64,000 nucleotides of DNA from an uncultured Acidobacteriota bacterium (GTDB lineage Bacteria; Acidobacteriota; UBA6911), in NCBI GenBank assembly GCA_963843575.1, contig CAWJKZ010000004.1, positions 1 through 64,000 of the forward strand, given 5' to 3'. Below, in pieces: positions 1 to 12,344 of the stretch (the stretch's first letter is position 1; each line of letters opens with the position of its first letter). The notes under the pieces were generated by a model that made no database searches, was not told the origin of the DNA, and saw nothing but the letters and a program-made list of their open reading frames with translations. The position numbers and the translations under genes are program-made.

Positions 1-120
1 GCCAAATGGGACTACCTCATGACCCACGACTGTGTAGCGGCCAGCCGCCATGTTGCCGAAGAAGTGCATTCCAGAAACCGGTAAGACCCCGCGGACTTTC
101 CTATCCGAGGAACGAAACGC

Positions 121-1148
121 ATGCGCGTTCTCCTGACCGGAAGCAAAGGGTACATCGGCGCGGTGCTCGCCCCCATGTCTGTCCAACAGGCACCAGGTTG
201 TGGGCCTGGACAGCGACCTTTTCGAGCAGTGCCCGCACCTTCGGCGACTCCCTGGTCGAGGTCCCGACCATGAAGCTACCCGCCCACTTGCGCGGTTTCG
301 AAGCCGTTCTGCACCTCGCCGCGCTTTCGAACGATCCGCTGGGGGATCTCAACCCGGAGCTGACCTTCGACATCAACCACCGCGCCTCCGTCCGTCTCGC
401 CGCCCTGGCGTGCGAAGCCGGTGTCCGTCGTTTCCCGTTCTCGTCGTGCAGCAACTACGGCGCCGCGGGGAGGTACTCCGGTCAACGAGGAGTCGTCGCT
501 GAATCCCGTCACGCCTTACGGCATATCGAAGGTGCGGGTGGAGCAGGACGTCTCCCGGTTGGCCGGCCCGGGCTTCAGCCCTACTTCCCTGCGCAACGCC
601 ACGGCTTATGGCGTCTCCCCGAGGCTGCGCTTCGACCTGGTGCTGAACAACCTGGTCGCGCTGGGCATACACCTCGGGACTGGTGTACCTCAAGAGCGAC
701 GGGACGCCTGGTGGCCGATCGTTCACATCGAGGATATCTCGAGCGCTTTCCTCGCGGTGCCTGGACGCGCGCGCTCGCAGGTGCACAATCAGGCTTTCAA
801 CGTCGGCGCCACCTCCGAGAACTACCGCATCCGGCGAGCTCGCCGAAATCGTCAAGGAGACCGTCCCCGGCTGCCGTATCGAGTTCGCCGCCGGCGCGGG
901 TCCGGACAAGCGCTGCGACCGCGCCGACTTCGGCAAGATCAACCGGCTGTCCCAGAATTCAAGCCCCGCTGGAACGCACGCAGCGGAGCCGTCGGAATCT
1001 ACGGAGACCTACAAGAAGGTCGGGTTGAAGTCGAGGATTTCGAAGGTCCCCGCTACAAGCGCATCGACCACGTCAAGGGGCTGATCGCGTCGGGCGCGCT
1101 CGACGAAAGCCTGCGCTGGCGCACCCGCAACGCAGCCGACGCGAGTGA
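121..1148 (+). pseudogene. Frameshifted mirror copy of the NAD-dependent epimerase (7462-8508); likely artefact
   Basis: Fragments in several frames match the intact copy ([35 protein letters not shown]). Confidence 0.6.
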
Positions 1149-1193
1149 GGCCGGCCCGGGATATTCCATCTTCCATAAGTTGCAGGAGTCGAG

Positions 1194-2629
1194 TTGGGCC
1201 TTGGTCTTCGCCAAACCGGAAAACGTGGCAGGGGCGGTTTGCGGACAATCTATGACCTTGTCCCGCGAACTGCCGCTATGTGCGGCAGCTCGTCAGTCGA
1301 ACGGTGCGATATATACCGCTTTTTCTCCGCCTCTCCTTCCTGTTGTTTGTGTTTACGCTTCCACTCCAGTTGCTCAACGTGAGCCTTGGTTCTGACCCGA
1401 TTTCGCTGGCCGGGTCGCCGGGGTGGCCGTCTTCGGTTTGAGCCTGATCAACTTCGAAGATCTACTCCGTTCCGCTGTTTCCGATCTGGTGGTTTCTGGG
1501 CTATCTGCTGATCTACGCGGTTGGCGGCCTGTGGCCGGTCTACGTGTCCGGCCTGTTCTAGGGGACGTTTACCCTCATACAACTCCTGGTGCTCTTCTGG
1601 ATCGGTTCGGTCCTGCTGCAGGACGAGAAATTTGCGAGGATAAAACGCTCCTGGTTTATGCGCTGGGGGCGTCGCTGCTCACTGATCGCCGTCAAGCTGG
1701 GCCTGCCCGGCTTCACCCCGGACATCCGAAGCAGCGAGCTGGAGGACCGGCTCAGTGCCGTCGGTTACGATCCGAATTACCTTGGCATGTTTGCTCATGG
1801 CTGCGGTGGTCATGACGGGTTCGATCCTTGGCAAGAAGATCCAGGTACTTCGGGATCAGGATCGTTCTTCCCGTCTACGTCATCGTTTGGTCCTGCCCAC
1901 CAACAGGTTCCCGCACGGCCGCTTTGTTGTCGGCCTCTTGTGTTACGCGTTGCCGTCAGGCCTCACCCGCCGGAAGATGGTGTCGCGGGCGCGTTGATCG
2001 TCTGTGCGCTGATGGGCGCCGGCTACATGCTTATCACTCAACGCGACAGCCTGTCGCGCTGGTCTCGCACCCTCTCGGAAGGCGATTTGCCGGCCGAAAC
2101 GTGATCTTTGCCGTCTCGGCGGCATGATTTGGGAGCGGCCGATCTTTGGCTGGGGGCCTGTGCAATACCGGGCGGATTTGAGCAGACGCCTCGGCGAAGG
2201 CTTCATCAGTGGCGTGAGAGATACCCACAACATGGTTCTACACCTGCTGTTGGAGGTAGGCCTGTTCGGTGCAGCGTTTTTCTTCATGGAGCGGCGCTGT
2301 GCGCGCCGCCTGGAAGAGCCGCGACGGGGGATTAGGGATCATGCCCCTGGCGCTTCTGCTGATGCTGCTGGTATTTCTTCAGTTTCAGCGTGGATGACGA
2401 GCAAGCTGTTCTGGCTGGTGCTCTCGCTGTGTGTGGCGGCAGCCAAGGGCCGCGAGAAGTCCCGCATGGCAGCGCTCCCCTAATATCCATACCGACGGCT
2501 GCCGGCCGGAAGAGGCGCCACGTTACGGGAACCTGCGTTAACCGCCTTGGTCGGAAGGGGTCGGGTTCTTCTGCCACCAATGAGGCACCCGACACCGGGT
2601 CTCGTCACAACCTCCAGACGGGAAAATGA
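1194..2629 (+). pseudogene. Frameshifted mirror copy of the Wzy/O-antigen ligase gene; likely artefact
   Basis: Fragments DRLSAVGYDPNYLGM and ERPIFGWG...RDTHNMVLHLLLEVG lie in different frames. Confidence 0.55.
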
Positions 2630-4262
2630 GGGTTCTGGCGGCGGATGACCGTACCAGCCACACGGCCGCCGGCGTCTACACGAGAGGTGCGTTCGTACTC
2701 TCCGACAGCACTGCGAGGTGGTGGAGGTGCTGGTCCCCCGCCCGTTGACCCCGCCCGTTATCTCGCGCCGCACCCCCCGTTGGAGGAGCTACGGGGATGG
2801 CCACGCACGAAGTTCGTGAGGGCGTTCCCGTCCATCGGCCCGCCTATCTCCAGATCCTCGGGTTGCCCGGATTGGGCGGGGATCCGGATCTACCTCTTTG
2901 TCGCGCATATGCGCGAAGGATGCACAGGCGCGCGCGCTTCGAAGCCATCGTCACGTTGGCCTGCTCTCGGCTTCGCCTGGAGGCTGCGAAGATTTTGGGA
3001 TTCCCGCAGTGGGTTGGGCCGAGACCCAACCAGCTTCCACGCCCCGGCCTCGCCCCGGTGAGTTTTTCGCGCGCGCTCGAACGGATGGACCTGATATCTA
3101 CCAGAGCCATTACCTGTGCGGGGCCATTGCGGAGCCGCCCTGCTCGGGCTGTCTCCGGACCAGTTACCACAGGATCGTCACGTCGCGCCGCCCCACGGGA
3201 TACCCGTGCCCCCGCCGCTGTGCTCGCCGAAACCCTGGCGGAGCAGGGTGAGGACGTCGTGGCAGCAGGCTCGGCCAGATCAACCGCTGGTCCTGTTCAT
3301 CGGACGCTTCGTCAGGGGCAAAGGACTGTTCGACCTGTTGGAGGCGATGCGGTCGGCCACGTTGCGAAATCTGTTGCTGAGGCGCGTGTGAGGTTCCGTA
3401 CCTGGTGTCGCGCTCCGCGAAAACTGAAGCAGGACGCCTCCCTCGAGGGACGGGTCCCGCATCCTGCCGTCGTGTGATCCGGCGGGAATCTGGAACTGCT
3501 CTGCGTGCGATATTTGTATTTCCCAGCTACGCCGAAGTGCCCACTCGTCTTTGAGGTGATGGCGATGGGCATCGCCTCCGTGGCCTACGCCATTCCTCCT
3601 GTTGTTGAACTGGAGGGGGGATCCGGGGGGCTGGTGCTCGTTCAACCGGAGATGCGGAAAGGTTGTCCCAGGCTATCCTGCGGCTCGCCGGATGCCGGAT
3701 GAACGTGTTCGCCGTGGAACAGAGGGAAGGGTGAGAGTGCGTTCGCACTATATGGTGCAAAAAAAACCTGCCTGAACCCTGCGGCGTATGGAACGTCTGG
3801 TCCGCAAGAGCGGGGAACCCACCACCTTCCGGGGCTGTGTCCTCCGGTTCCGCCGACGAGCGTACCCTCCAGGAGTGTCGTGATCGGTTTGCATCCGGAT
3901 CGCCGCCGATTGAAGAGATACAAGACAACCGAAGCCGTCGGAATGTGCTTGCCGGCGAAAACATTGTGTGTTCTGAAAGACTGGGACGACGACCCGACCA
4001 GCAACACCCACGTCATGCGGCTTCTCTCCCGCAACAACCGGGTACTCTGGCTGAATTCGATCGGATGCGCAAGCCGAGCCTCATGAGCTGGGGTCGACGC
4101 CGCAAGGATCGTGCGCCGGCTGAAATCGGGGTTGCGCGGTGCGTGTGTCAGGTGGCCGCCAACATCTGGGGTTCTGAACCCTGGTGGTTCCGCTGACACG
4201 GCCCGGCCGCCCTGGCGCTCAACCGCCTGATACTGCGGCTGACGCTGGCGCGGGCCAGGCGC
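2626..4262 (+). pseudogene. Frameshifted mirror copies of two glycosyltransferase genes; likely artefact
   Basis: Fragments PLVLFIGRFVRGKGLFDLLEAM and KDWDDDPTSNTHVMRLLSR match the genes at 4269-5957. Confidence 0.55.
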
Positions 4263-4268
4263 CTGGGC

Positions 4269-4652
4269 GCGCCTGGCCCGCGCCAGGGTCAGCCGCAGTA
4301 TCAGGCGGTTCAGCGACAGGGCGGCCGGGCCGTGTGCCAGCGGAACCACCAGCGGGTTCAGAACCCAGATGTTGGCGGCCACCTGACGCGCGCCGCGCAA
4401 CCCGGATTTCAGCCGGCGCACGATCCTTGCGGCGTCGACCCCGCTCGTGAAGCTCGGCTTGCGCATCCCGATCGAATTCAGCCAGAGTACCCGGTTGTCG
4501 CGGGAGAGAAGCCGCATGACGTGGGTGTTGCTGGTCGGGTCGTCGTCCCAGTCTTTGGCGAAACACACTATGTTTTCGCCGGTGAGCACATTCCGGGGGC
4601 TTCGGTTGTCTTGTATCTCTTGAATCGGAAGTGATCCGGATGTACCAATCAC
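4269..4652 (-). CDS. Glycosyltransferase (GT4-like) N-terminus, truncated at the fold-back apex
   Basis: IVCFAKDWDDDPTSNTHVMRLLSRDNRVLWLNSIGMRKP is a typical N-terminus of EPS-locus GT-B enzymes. Start overlaps the upstream stop. Confidence 0.75.
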
Positions 4653-5957
4653 GATGGCTCCTTTGAGAGGCCGCGCTCGTCGGTGCGACCGGGGGACACA
4701 GCCTCGCGCGTGGTCGGTTCCCCGCTCGTGTGGACCAGACGTTCCAGACGCCGCAGGGCCTCAGGCAGGTTTTGTTGCACCATGAAGTGCGAACGCACTC
4801 TCGCCCTTCCCTCTGTTCCGCGACGAACACGTTCATCCGGCCGTTCGGCGAGCCGCAGGATAGCCTCGGACAACCTTGCCGCATCTCCGGTTGGAACGAG
4901 CACCAGCCCCCCGGATCCTCCCTCCAGTTCAACGACAGGAGGAATGGCGTAGGCCACGGAGGCGATGCCCATCGCCATCGCCTCGAGCAGCGAGTTGGGC
5001 ATCCCTTCGGCGTAGCTGGGAAATACAAAAATGTCGGCCGCGCAGAGCAGTTCCCAGATTCCCGCCGGATCACACGACGGCAGGATGCGGACCCGTTCCT
5101 CGAGGGAGGTGTCCTGCTGCAGTTTTTCGCGGAGCGCCGACGTGTCGTCGAAACCAGGTACGGAACCCACCAGCACGCACCTCAGCGCCGGATTTCGCAA
5201 CGTGGCCGACCGCATCGCCTCCAACAGGTCGAACAGTCCTTTGCCCCTGACGATACGTCCGATGAACAGGACCAGCGGTTGATCCGGGCCGACCTGCCAC
5301 GACGTCCTCACCCTGTCGCGGGTCTCGGCGAGCGGCAGCGGCGGGCGGCGCGGGTATCCCGTGGGGCAGCACGACGTGACGATCCTGCGGCAGCTGGTCC
5401 GGAGACAACCCGAGCAGGGCGGCTCCGCAGTCGCGCAGGTAATGGCTCTGGTAGAAAATCAGGTCCATCCGTTCGAGCGCGCGCGAAACCAGGCGGGCAT
5501 GCGCCGGCGAGGCCGGGGCGTGGACGTCCGTTCCTATGGCCCAACCGACTGCCGGAATCCCAAAATCTCTGCGCAGCCTCCAGGCGAAGCCTCCCGAGAG
5601 CAGGCCAAATGTGACGATGGCGTCGAAGCGCGCGCGCCGGTGCATCCTTCGCGCATATGCGCGACAACAGAGATAAGTGCCCGGATCCACCCAAAATGCC
5701 GGGGCAACCCGAGGGATCTGGAGGTAGGCGGGCCGATGGATGGGAACGCCCTCACGCACTTCGTGCGTGGCCATCCCCGAGTAGCTCCTCCAACGGGGGG
5801 TCAGACGCGAGATAAGGGGCGGGGTCAGCGGGCGGGGGACCAGCACCTCCACCACCTCGCAGTGTTGTCTGAGAGTACGAACGCACCTCTCGGTGTAGAC
5901 GCCGGCAGCCGTGTAGTTGGCGTACGGATAGTCCGCAGCCAGAACCAGAACCCTCAT
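4649..5957 (-). CDS. GT4 glycosyltransferase (TuaC-like), one frameshift near 5310
   Basis: N-part MRVLVLAADYP in one frame; C-part LFIGRIVRGKG...ADIFVFPSYAEGMPNSLLEAMAMG (EX7E motif) in another. Confidence 0.88.
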
Positions 5958-7414
5958 TTTCCTGTACTCGAGGTATGACGGACCCGGTGTCGGGGCCTCA
6001 TTGGTGGCAGAAGAGCCCGACCCCTTCCGACCAAGGCGGTTAACGCAGGTTCCCTGCCAGCGTGGCGCCTCTTCCGGCCGGCAGCGGTCGGTATGGGTTG
6101 TAGGGGATCGCCGCCAGTCGGGACTTCTCGCAGGCCCTTGGCTGCCCCCACACACAGAGAGAGCACCAGCCAGAACAGCTTGCTCGTCATCCACGGCTGA
6201 AACTGAAGGAACACCAGCAGCATCAGCAGAAGCGCCAGGGGCATGATTCCCAATCCCCCGCCGCGGCTCTTCCAGGCGGCGCGCCCGCACAGCGCCAGTC
6301 CCATAAAGAAAAACCCGGCACCGAACAGACCTACCTCCAGCAGCAGATGCAGAACCATGTTGTGGGTGTCTCTCACGCCACGGATGAAGCCTTCGCCGAG
6401 GCGTCTGCTCAAATCGGCCCGATACTGCACGGGCCCCCAGCCGAAGATCGGCCGCTCGAAAATCATCGCAGCCGAGACGGCAAAGATCACGTTGCGGCCC
6501 GCAGAATCGCCTTCGGAGAGGGTGCGCGACCAGCGCGACAGGGTGTCGCGTTGGGTGATAAAGCAGGTAGCCGACGCCCAACAGCGCACAGAGATCAACG
6601 CGCCCGCAACCATCTTCCGGCGGGTGAGACCGGACGGCAACGCGTAACACAAGACGCCGATGACGAAGGAGGCCAGGGCCGTGCGGGATCCGGTCTGGAT
6701 CAGAAGGGCCAAAACGATCAGCATCAAAACGGGAAGAAGATCCTGATCCCAAGGATCCGAGGTCTTCTTCCCCAGGATCAGGCCCGTCATGATCACCGCG
6801 GCCATGGCAAGAAGCATTCCGAGGTAATTCGGATCGTAGCCGACGGCGCTGAGCCGGTCCTCCATGTCGCTGGTCCGGATCTCCGCGGTGAAGCCGGGCA
6901 GGCCCAGCTTGACGGCGATCGTGAGCAGCGACGCCCCCAGCGCGTAAACCAGGAGCGTTATCCTCGCAAATTTCTCGTCCTGCAGCAGGACCGAAGCGAT
7001 CCAGAAGAGCACCAGGAGTTGTACGAGGGTGAACATCCCCCTGAACAAGCTGGACGTGTAGACCGGCAGGATGAACAGGCCGCTAACCGCGTAGATCAGC
7101 AGATAGCCCAGAAACCACCAGATCGGAAACGGCGGAACGGAGTAGATCCTTTCGAAGTTGATCAGGCTCAAACCGAAGACGGCCAGCCCGGAGACCCTGG
7201 CCAGCGAAATCGGGCCGAGACCAAGGCTCACGTTGAGCGACTCGAGCGGAAGCGTAAACGTAAACAACAGGAAGGAGAGGCGGAGAAAAAGCGGTACATA
7301 CCGCACCGTTGGACTGACGCTCCCGCGCGTCGCGGAGGCCTGCGGGACGAGGCCATAGAGTGACCGCAGCCCGCCTCTGCCGCCTCTTCCGGTTTGGCGA
7401 AGACCAAGGGTCAA
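5954..7414 (-). CDS. O-antigen ligase / Wzy polymerase family membrane protein
   Basis: Many TM segments with DPNYLG, TGSRTA, RPIFGWG and THN...LLEVGLFG motifs. TTG start with GGAG upstream. This is the C-terminal part of ORF 5954..8623. Confidence 0.85.
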   Translation of the reverse strand: MTLGLRQTGRGGRGGLRSLYGLVPQASATRGSVSPTVRYVPLFLRLSFLLFTFTLPLESLNVSLGLGPISLARVSGLAVFGLSLINFERIYSVPPFPIWWFLGYLLIYAVSGLFILPVYTSSLFRGMFTLVQLLVLFWIASVLLQDEKFARITLLVYALGASLLTIAVKLGLPGFTAEIRTSDMEDRLSAVGYDPNYLGMLLAMAAVIMTGLILGKKTSDPWDQDLLPVLMLIVLALLIQTGSRTALASFVIGVLCYALPSGLTRRKMVAGALISVRCWASATCFITQRDTLSRWSRTLSEGDSAGRNVIFAVSAAMIFERPIFGWGPVQYRADLSRRLGEGFIRGVRDTHNMVLHLLLEVGLFGAGFFFMGLALCGRAAWKSRGGGLGIMPLALLLMLLVFLQFQPWMTSKLFWLVLSLCVGAAKGLREVPTGGDPLQPIPTAAGRKRRHAGREPALTALVGRGRALLPPMRPRHRVRHTSSTGK

Positions 7415-7461
7415 CTCGACACTCCTGCAAGTCTGGTGACGAATAGATGTCCGTGTCGGCC

Positions 7462-8508
7462 TCACCTTGCGTCGGCTGCGTTGCGGGTGCGCCAGCGCAG
7501 GCTTTCGTCGAGGGCGCCCGACGCGATCAGCCCCTTGACGTGGTCGATGCGCTTGTAGCGGGGACCTTCGAAATCCTCGAGCTTCAACCCGACCTTCTTG
7601 TAGGTCTCGTACAGTTCGACGGCTCCGCTGCGTGCGTTCCAGCGGGGTTTGAATTCCGGGACGGCCCGGTTGATCTTGCCGAAATCGGCCCGGTAGCAGC
7701 GCTTGTCCGGACCCGCGCCGGCGGCGAACTCGATACGGCAGCCGGGGACGGTCTCCTTGACGATTTCGGCGAGCTCGCGGATGCGGTAGTTCTCGGAGGT
7801 GGCGCCGACGTTGAAAGCCTGATTGTGCACCTGCCCGACGGGCGCGTCCAGCACCGCGAGGAAAGCGCTCGAGATGTCCTCGATGTGAACGATGGGCCGC
7901 CAGGGCGTCCCGTCGCTCTTGAGGTACACCAGTCCCGAGGTGTATGCCCACGCGACCAGGTTGTTCAGCACCAGGTCGAAGCGCAGCCTCGGGGAGACGC
8001 CATAGGCCGTGGCGTTGCGCAGGAAGGTCGGGCTGAAGCCCGGGCCGGCCAGCCGGGAGACGTCCTGTTCGACCCTCACCTTCGATATGCCGTAAGGCGT
8101 GACGGGATTCAGCGACGACTCCTCGTTGACCGGAGTCTCTCCCGCGGCGCCGTAGTTGCTGCACGACGAGGAAAACAGGAAACGACGGACACCGGCTTCG
8201 CGCGCCAGGGCGGCGAGACGGACGGAGGCGCGGTGGTTGATGTCGAAGGTCAGCTCCGGGTTGAGATCCCCCAGCGGGTCGTTCGAAAGCGCGGCGAGGT
8301 GCAGGACGGCTTCGAAACCGCGCAAGTCGGAAACCTCGACGTCGCGCAGGTCCTTTTTCATGGTCGGGACCTCGACCAGGGAGTCGCCGAAGGTGCACTG
8401 TTCGAAAAGGTCGCTGTCCAGGCCCACAACCTCGTGCCCGTGTTCGAGCAGCATGGGGGCGAGCACCGCGCCGATGTACCCTTTGTTGCCGGTCAGGAGA
8501 ACACGCAT
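7462..8508 (-). CDS. NAD-dependent epimerase/dehydratase (extended SDR)
   Basis: TGNKGYIG Rossmann motif, [13 protein letters not shown] catalytic YxxxK. Confidence 0.93.
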   Translation of the reverse strand: MRVLLTGNKGYIGAVLAPMLLEHGHEVVGLDSDLFEQCTFGDSLVEVPTMKKDLRDVEVSDLRGFEAVLHLAALSNDPLGDLNPELTFDINHRASVRLAALAREAGVRRFLFSSSCSNYGAAGETPVNEESSLNPVTPYGISKVRVEQDVSRLAGPGFSPTFLRNATAYGVSPRLRFDLVLNNLVAWAYTSGLVYLKSDGTPWRPIVHIEDISSAFLAVLDAPVGQVHNQAFNVGATSENYRIRELAEIVKETVPGCRIEFAAGAGPDKRCYRADFGKINRAVPEFKPRWNARSGAVELYETYKKVGLKLEDFEGPRYKRIDHVKGLIASGALDESLRWRTRNAADAR

Positions 8509-8544
8509 GCGTTTCGTTCCTCGGATAGGAAGACCCGCGGGGTC

Positions 8545-9909
8545 TTACCGGTTTCTGGAATGCACTTCTTCGGCAATCTGGCGGCTGGCCATTACACAGT
8601 CGTGGGTCATGAGGTAGTCCCATTCGGCGTAGCGGCCGAGCCGCAGGACGCCGTGGCCGTCCAGAAACGCGTTGACGCGGTCAAGGCAGGCCTGCCGGTT
8701 GTGGTCGAAAATCACCTGGGCGAAGGGGGCCAGCCGGACGTTGACCGAGGTGATCGAAGCGAGGTCCTTTACCAGGCCGATTTCGACAAGCTCGTTCTGC
8801 ACCCTGCAGGCAATCGCGTCCCTCGATTTCTTGTCTTCAGGCAGCGGCCTGAAGGCGGAGCCGTAGACCTCCGCCGAAATGCCCGTCATTCCCGGAGGTG
8901 CGTTGTTCGGGGAGAATTTTTCCGTGATGCATATGCGGGTGGAGAGCTTGTCCTCGTCGTAGACGTACAGATACTGGTCGTCGCGCAGGGTCGGGTGGTT
9001 CGCGGTCACTTCGATCAGCAGCATGCTCGTGCAGCGAAGCAGAGCGGCGGCCTCCTTGACGTCCGGGGGGGCATCCTCGGCGCAACGGATCAGCACCGGC
9101 AACGGAAGGGTCGAAACGAGGTTCTCGTACTCGGCGCGGCTGCCGTCGGCAAAGCCGAGTTCCCGCTTCTGAAAGTTGATGTGGGTCAGCTGCTTCCCCA
9201 GGTGGAGGTTGGTCCCACGGGCCATCTTGTGCAGGAACGAGAGGAAGCCGCCGCGGGCCGGATACCGGAAAGTATTTACGTAATGGGTGTTCCGTCCCAG
9301 GGGACCGTGGAAGCCACCCTTGACGTCCTCGATGCTCGGGAAGTAGACGCGCGTCTGCCTGTGGGCTCCCGTCCGGCGGGGGAACTTGGCGGCGGGGAAT
9401 GCGAGCCAGTCGGTGTTCAGGTTCTTGGGCTCGGTCGTCCAGTATTTCCGGGTGTAGGCCGTGGGAAAGGTCTCGGCGAAGGTGGTACCGAAGGCCAGGT
9501 GCAGCCATTCGTCGTAGTTGGCCGGCTGCTTTTCGGGATCCTGGCTTTCGCGCATGGCCAGAAAGCTTTCCAGGCACTGCGAGCGCAGCGGTTCGGGGAC
9601 CTGGTAGAGGTTGCTCTGCGCCGGGTGGTCGATGTAACTCCCCCGGTAGTAGTTCCGGATGATGGGAACGAACTCGAGCATCCCGTTGTCGTCGCCCTTG
9701 ACGCTCTCGGCAAACAGCTCCCGCACGTAGTCGTTTTTCCCGAAGTTCACGTGCGGCCCGTCGTCCCAGGTGAAGCCGTTGCGTGTTTCGCTGTAGGTGT
9801 GCCCCCCGTAGTGGTTGTTCGCCTCGAACAGGACACACTGCCCGTGGCCGATGTGGTACGACGTGCTCAATCCTGAAATTCCGGCACCGAGAATGGTTGT
9901 CTGCTTCAC
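8545..9909 (-). CDS. FAD-dependent oxidoreductase (UDP-galactopyranose mutase / HemY-like fold)
   Basis: ILGAGISGLS...GG...WDDGPH at the N-terminus and GRYAEWDY at the C-terminus; polysaccharide operon context. Confidence 0.8.
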   Translation of the reverse strand: MKQTTILGAGISGLSTSYHIGHGQCVLFEANNHYGGHTYSETRNGFTWDDGPHVNFGKNDYVRELFAESVKGDDNGMLEFVPIIRNYYRGSYIDHPAQSNLYQVPEPLRSQCLESFLAMRESQDPEKQPANYDEWLHLAFGTTFAETFPTAYTRKYWTTEPKNLNTDWLAFPAAKFPRRTGAHRQTRVYFPSIEDVKGGFHGPLGRNTHYVNTFRYPARGGFLSFLHKMARGTNLHLGKQLTHINFQKRELGFADGSRAEYENLVSTLPLPVLIRCAEDAPPDVKEAAALLRCTSMLLIEVTANHPTLRDDQYLYVYDEDKLSTRICITEKFSPNNAPPGMTGISAEVYGSAFRPLPEDKKSRDAIACRVQNELVEIGLVKDLASITSVNVRLAPFAQVIFDHNRQACLDRVNAFLDGHGVLRLGRYAEWDYLMTHDCVMASRQIAEEVHSRNR

Positions 9910-10010
9910 TCAGTCGTCTCCTTGGTGTGCGGTTGCTGTTGTGTTGCTGGGATTTCCTGGATGAAGGAACGGAGGAAATCGGTAGCCGCTACGGTTGCGG
10001 CGCCTCCGAA

Positions 10011-11361
10011 CTAGACGCGTCTGCTGAGCCTGCTGGGTCGTGCGAAGTCGCCTGCCGGCTGCCCGTTCGGGAAGTATTGGGTTTCCCAGTCCAGCAGCGG
10101 CCTGACGACCCCGTCGAGAATGCTCGCGAATTCCCCGCGCGCCGCGTCGCCGTCGAAGCTGTCGATCACGTGAAACGCCACGGCGTCGCGCGCATAGAAA
10201 TGCATCATGTTGGGATTCAGGGTGTTGGCGGCGGCGCCGATGATGAGCGTTCCTTCCGACAGGTAGTTGCCGGGGATCCATCCGGTGCTCACGTAACGGC
10301 CGGCGGGACGGGCTCTCCCCCGCCAGGCGGGGTCCGTGTCGACGGCGGAGAAGAGCTGAAGGCCCTCCTCGTTGTGCACGCTGAAATGCGGAATCAACCT
10401 GCAGCCGCCCTTGAGCACCTCGTATTCCATCTCCAGCGCTACCGGCTCGCGGATGTCGATGGCGTCGGTGATCCGGCCGTCGCGTGTTCTTGCCCGGACG
10501 GCGCGCAGCCGCACGACCTCGCTCCCCGGCGCCCGATCGGGATCCGTCCACTCGCGCTCGCCCGTGGTGGCGACCCCGGAGCTCAGGTAGGCGCTCACGA
10601 TGCTGTGCGAGTTGCCGTCTTTTACCACCCGGCCCTCGTCCAGGAGGATGGCGCGATCGCAGAGGCGCGTGATGGCCGGCATGTTGTGGGAGACAAAAAG
10701 GACAGTCCGGCCCTGGTTCCCCACATCCTCCATTTTGTTGAGGCACTTCCGCTGGAAGCCGGCGTCTCCCACGGCCAGCACCTCGTCCACCAGGAGGATC
10801 TCGGGCTCGAGGTGCGCGGCAACCGAGAAGGCCAGCCGGAGATACATGCCCGTAGAGTAGTGTTTGACCGGCGTGTCGATGAACTTCGCGATCTCGGCGA
10901 AGGCGACGATCTCGTCGTATTTCCGCTTGATCTCGGCCTTTCTCATCCCCAGGATGGCGCCGTTCAGGTAGATGTTCTCCCCGCCCGAGAGCTCGGGATG
11001 GAAACCCGTGCCGACCTCGAGCAGCGAGCCGACGCGCCCCGCGATCCGCACTTCGCCCTTCGTCGGCTCCGTGATGCGGGAGATGACCTTCAGCAGGGTG
11101 CTCTTGCCGCTGCCGTTGCGGCCGATGATCCCGACCAGTTCGCCCTGCTTGATCTCGAAGTTGACGTCATCTGAGGGCCCAGAATTGTTCCGTGAGGTCG
11201 GCCGCGCCAACCACCTCACCGCGGAGGATCCGCCCCATCCTGCGAAACGGGGCCGAGATTCCCTTCGTGACCCTCTCGCCGAGCGTGCGATGCGTGTTGC
11301 GTTCCGCGCCGATGCGAAATTGTTTGCCGAGATCCGTGGCCTGTATGGCTGTGTCGCTCAT
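10011..11361 (-). CDS. wzt: Polysaccharide ABC transporter ATPase with Wzt C-terminal domain; frameshift near 11170
   Basis: GRNGSGKST Walker A, YSTGM signature, ILLVDEVLAVGD. The N-terminus (MSDTAIQATDLGKQF...FWALR) is in the adjacent frame. Confidence 0.92.
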
Positions 11362-11378
11362 CGAACCTGTTTCCCGAA

Positions 11379-12267
11379 TCAGACGATGTCGGCAAACGTT
11401 CTTTCCATTCGCCGGAAGTAATAGGCGCCACTGATCAGCAGAAACACCGCTGCGAGTGACGAGATCATGACCATCGGGCCCGGGCTGGTCTTAACCCCGA
11501 GGAGGGCCCAGCGGAATCCTTCGACCACCCCGACCATGGGATTGAGCCCGTAGATCGTGCGCCAGGGCTCCGACAGCAGGCTGCTCGGGTACGCTATCGG
11601 GAGTGGCGAACAGCCACATCTGGGTGAGAAACGGTATCGTGTGATGAACGTCCCGGTACTGCACGTTGAGCGCCGAGAGCCACAGACTCACGCCGAGCGA
11701 GGTGACCATCGCCAGCAGGAGCAGCGGCAGCAACCAGACGATGTGCGCGGTGGGATAGAAGCCGAAGTAAGCCATCAGAACCAGGAGTACGCTAAACGAC
11801 AGGGCGACGTCGACCAGCCCGGAGAGCGAGCTGGACATGGGGATCACGAGCCGGGGAAAATACACCTTCTTGATCAGGTTGGAGCTGCCCACCAGACTGG
11901 CGGACGACTGGGTAAGCGAGGTTGCGAAAAAAGTCCACGGCACGAGGGCGGAGAAGGAGAAGAGCGGATAAGGCACCCCGTCGGAGGGCATCTTGGCCAG
12001 CCTCCCGAAAAAGAGGCTGAAGATCAGCATGCTGGCCATCGGCTGGATGATAGCCCAGGCGGCGCCCAGGACGGTCTGCTTGTAGCGCACCTTGATGTCG
12101 CGCCACACCAGGAAATAGAGCAGCTCGCGGTAGCCCCAGAGCTCCCGCAGCCTGAGCGAAACCCAGCCGTGCGAAGGCCGCACGACCATAACGGGAAGCT
12201 CCGGCGCAAAACCGCCCGCAGCGGTTACAGCTGTCACGCCGTCGGCGAGTCCCGGCTTCATCTTCAT
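11379..12267 (-). CDS. wzm: Polysaccharide ABC transporter permease; frameshifts near 11600 and 11490
   Basis: RELLYFLVWRDIKVRYKQTVLGAAWAIIQP and LIKKVYFPR. The C-terminus ERTFADIV is in another frame. Confidence 0.92.
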
Positions 12268-12344
12268 AGTCCTGCTTTTCGTTTCCTTTGGCTGTGAACT
12301 TTAACAGGATCCGCGCCTGCCTCGGACACCCTGCAATATCCCCG

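Larger units (their letters stand above)
1..8628. repeat. Giant inverted duplication (fold-back), arms 1-4262 and 4269-8628; probable chimeric-read artefact
   Basis: Base 1 (gccaaatgggactacctcatg) is the reverse complement of ~8608-8628. Apex reads cgggccaggcgc-ctgggc-gcgcctggcccg at 4251-4280. The left arm is ~100 bp shorter and full of indels, while the right arm has near-intact ORFs. Confidence 0.95.

Noticed and set aside
4251-4280. Hairpin telomere of a linear replicon
   Set aside because: The apex interrupts a glycosyltransferase, no protelomerase is seen, and asymmetric errors fit a chimeric read.
5954-8623. 889-aa fusion protein
   Set aside because: The N-terminal ~400 codons are an off-frame read of the epimerase; the real gene starts near 7414.
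7447-9876. Long antisense or alternative-frame ORFs (also 13434-14786, 34153-35880, 37554-39986, 38897-40693)
   Set aside because: These are shadow ORFs of GC-rich genes with no recognisable motifs.
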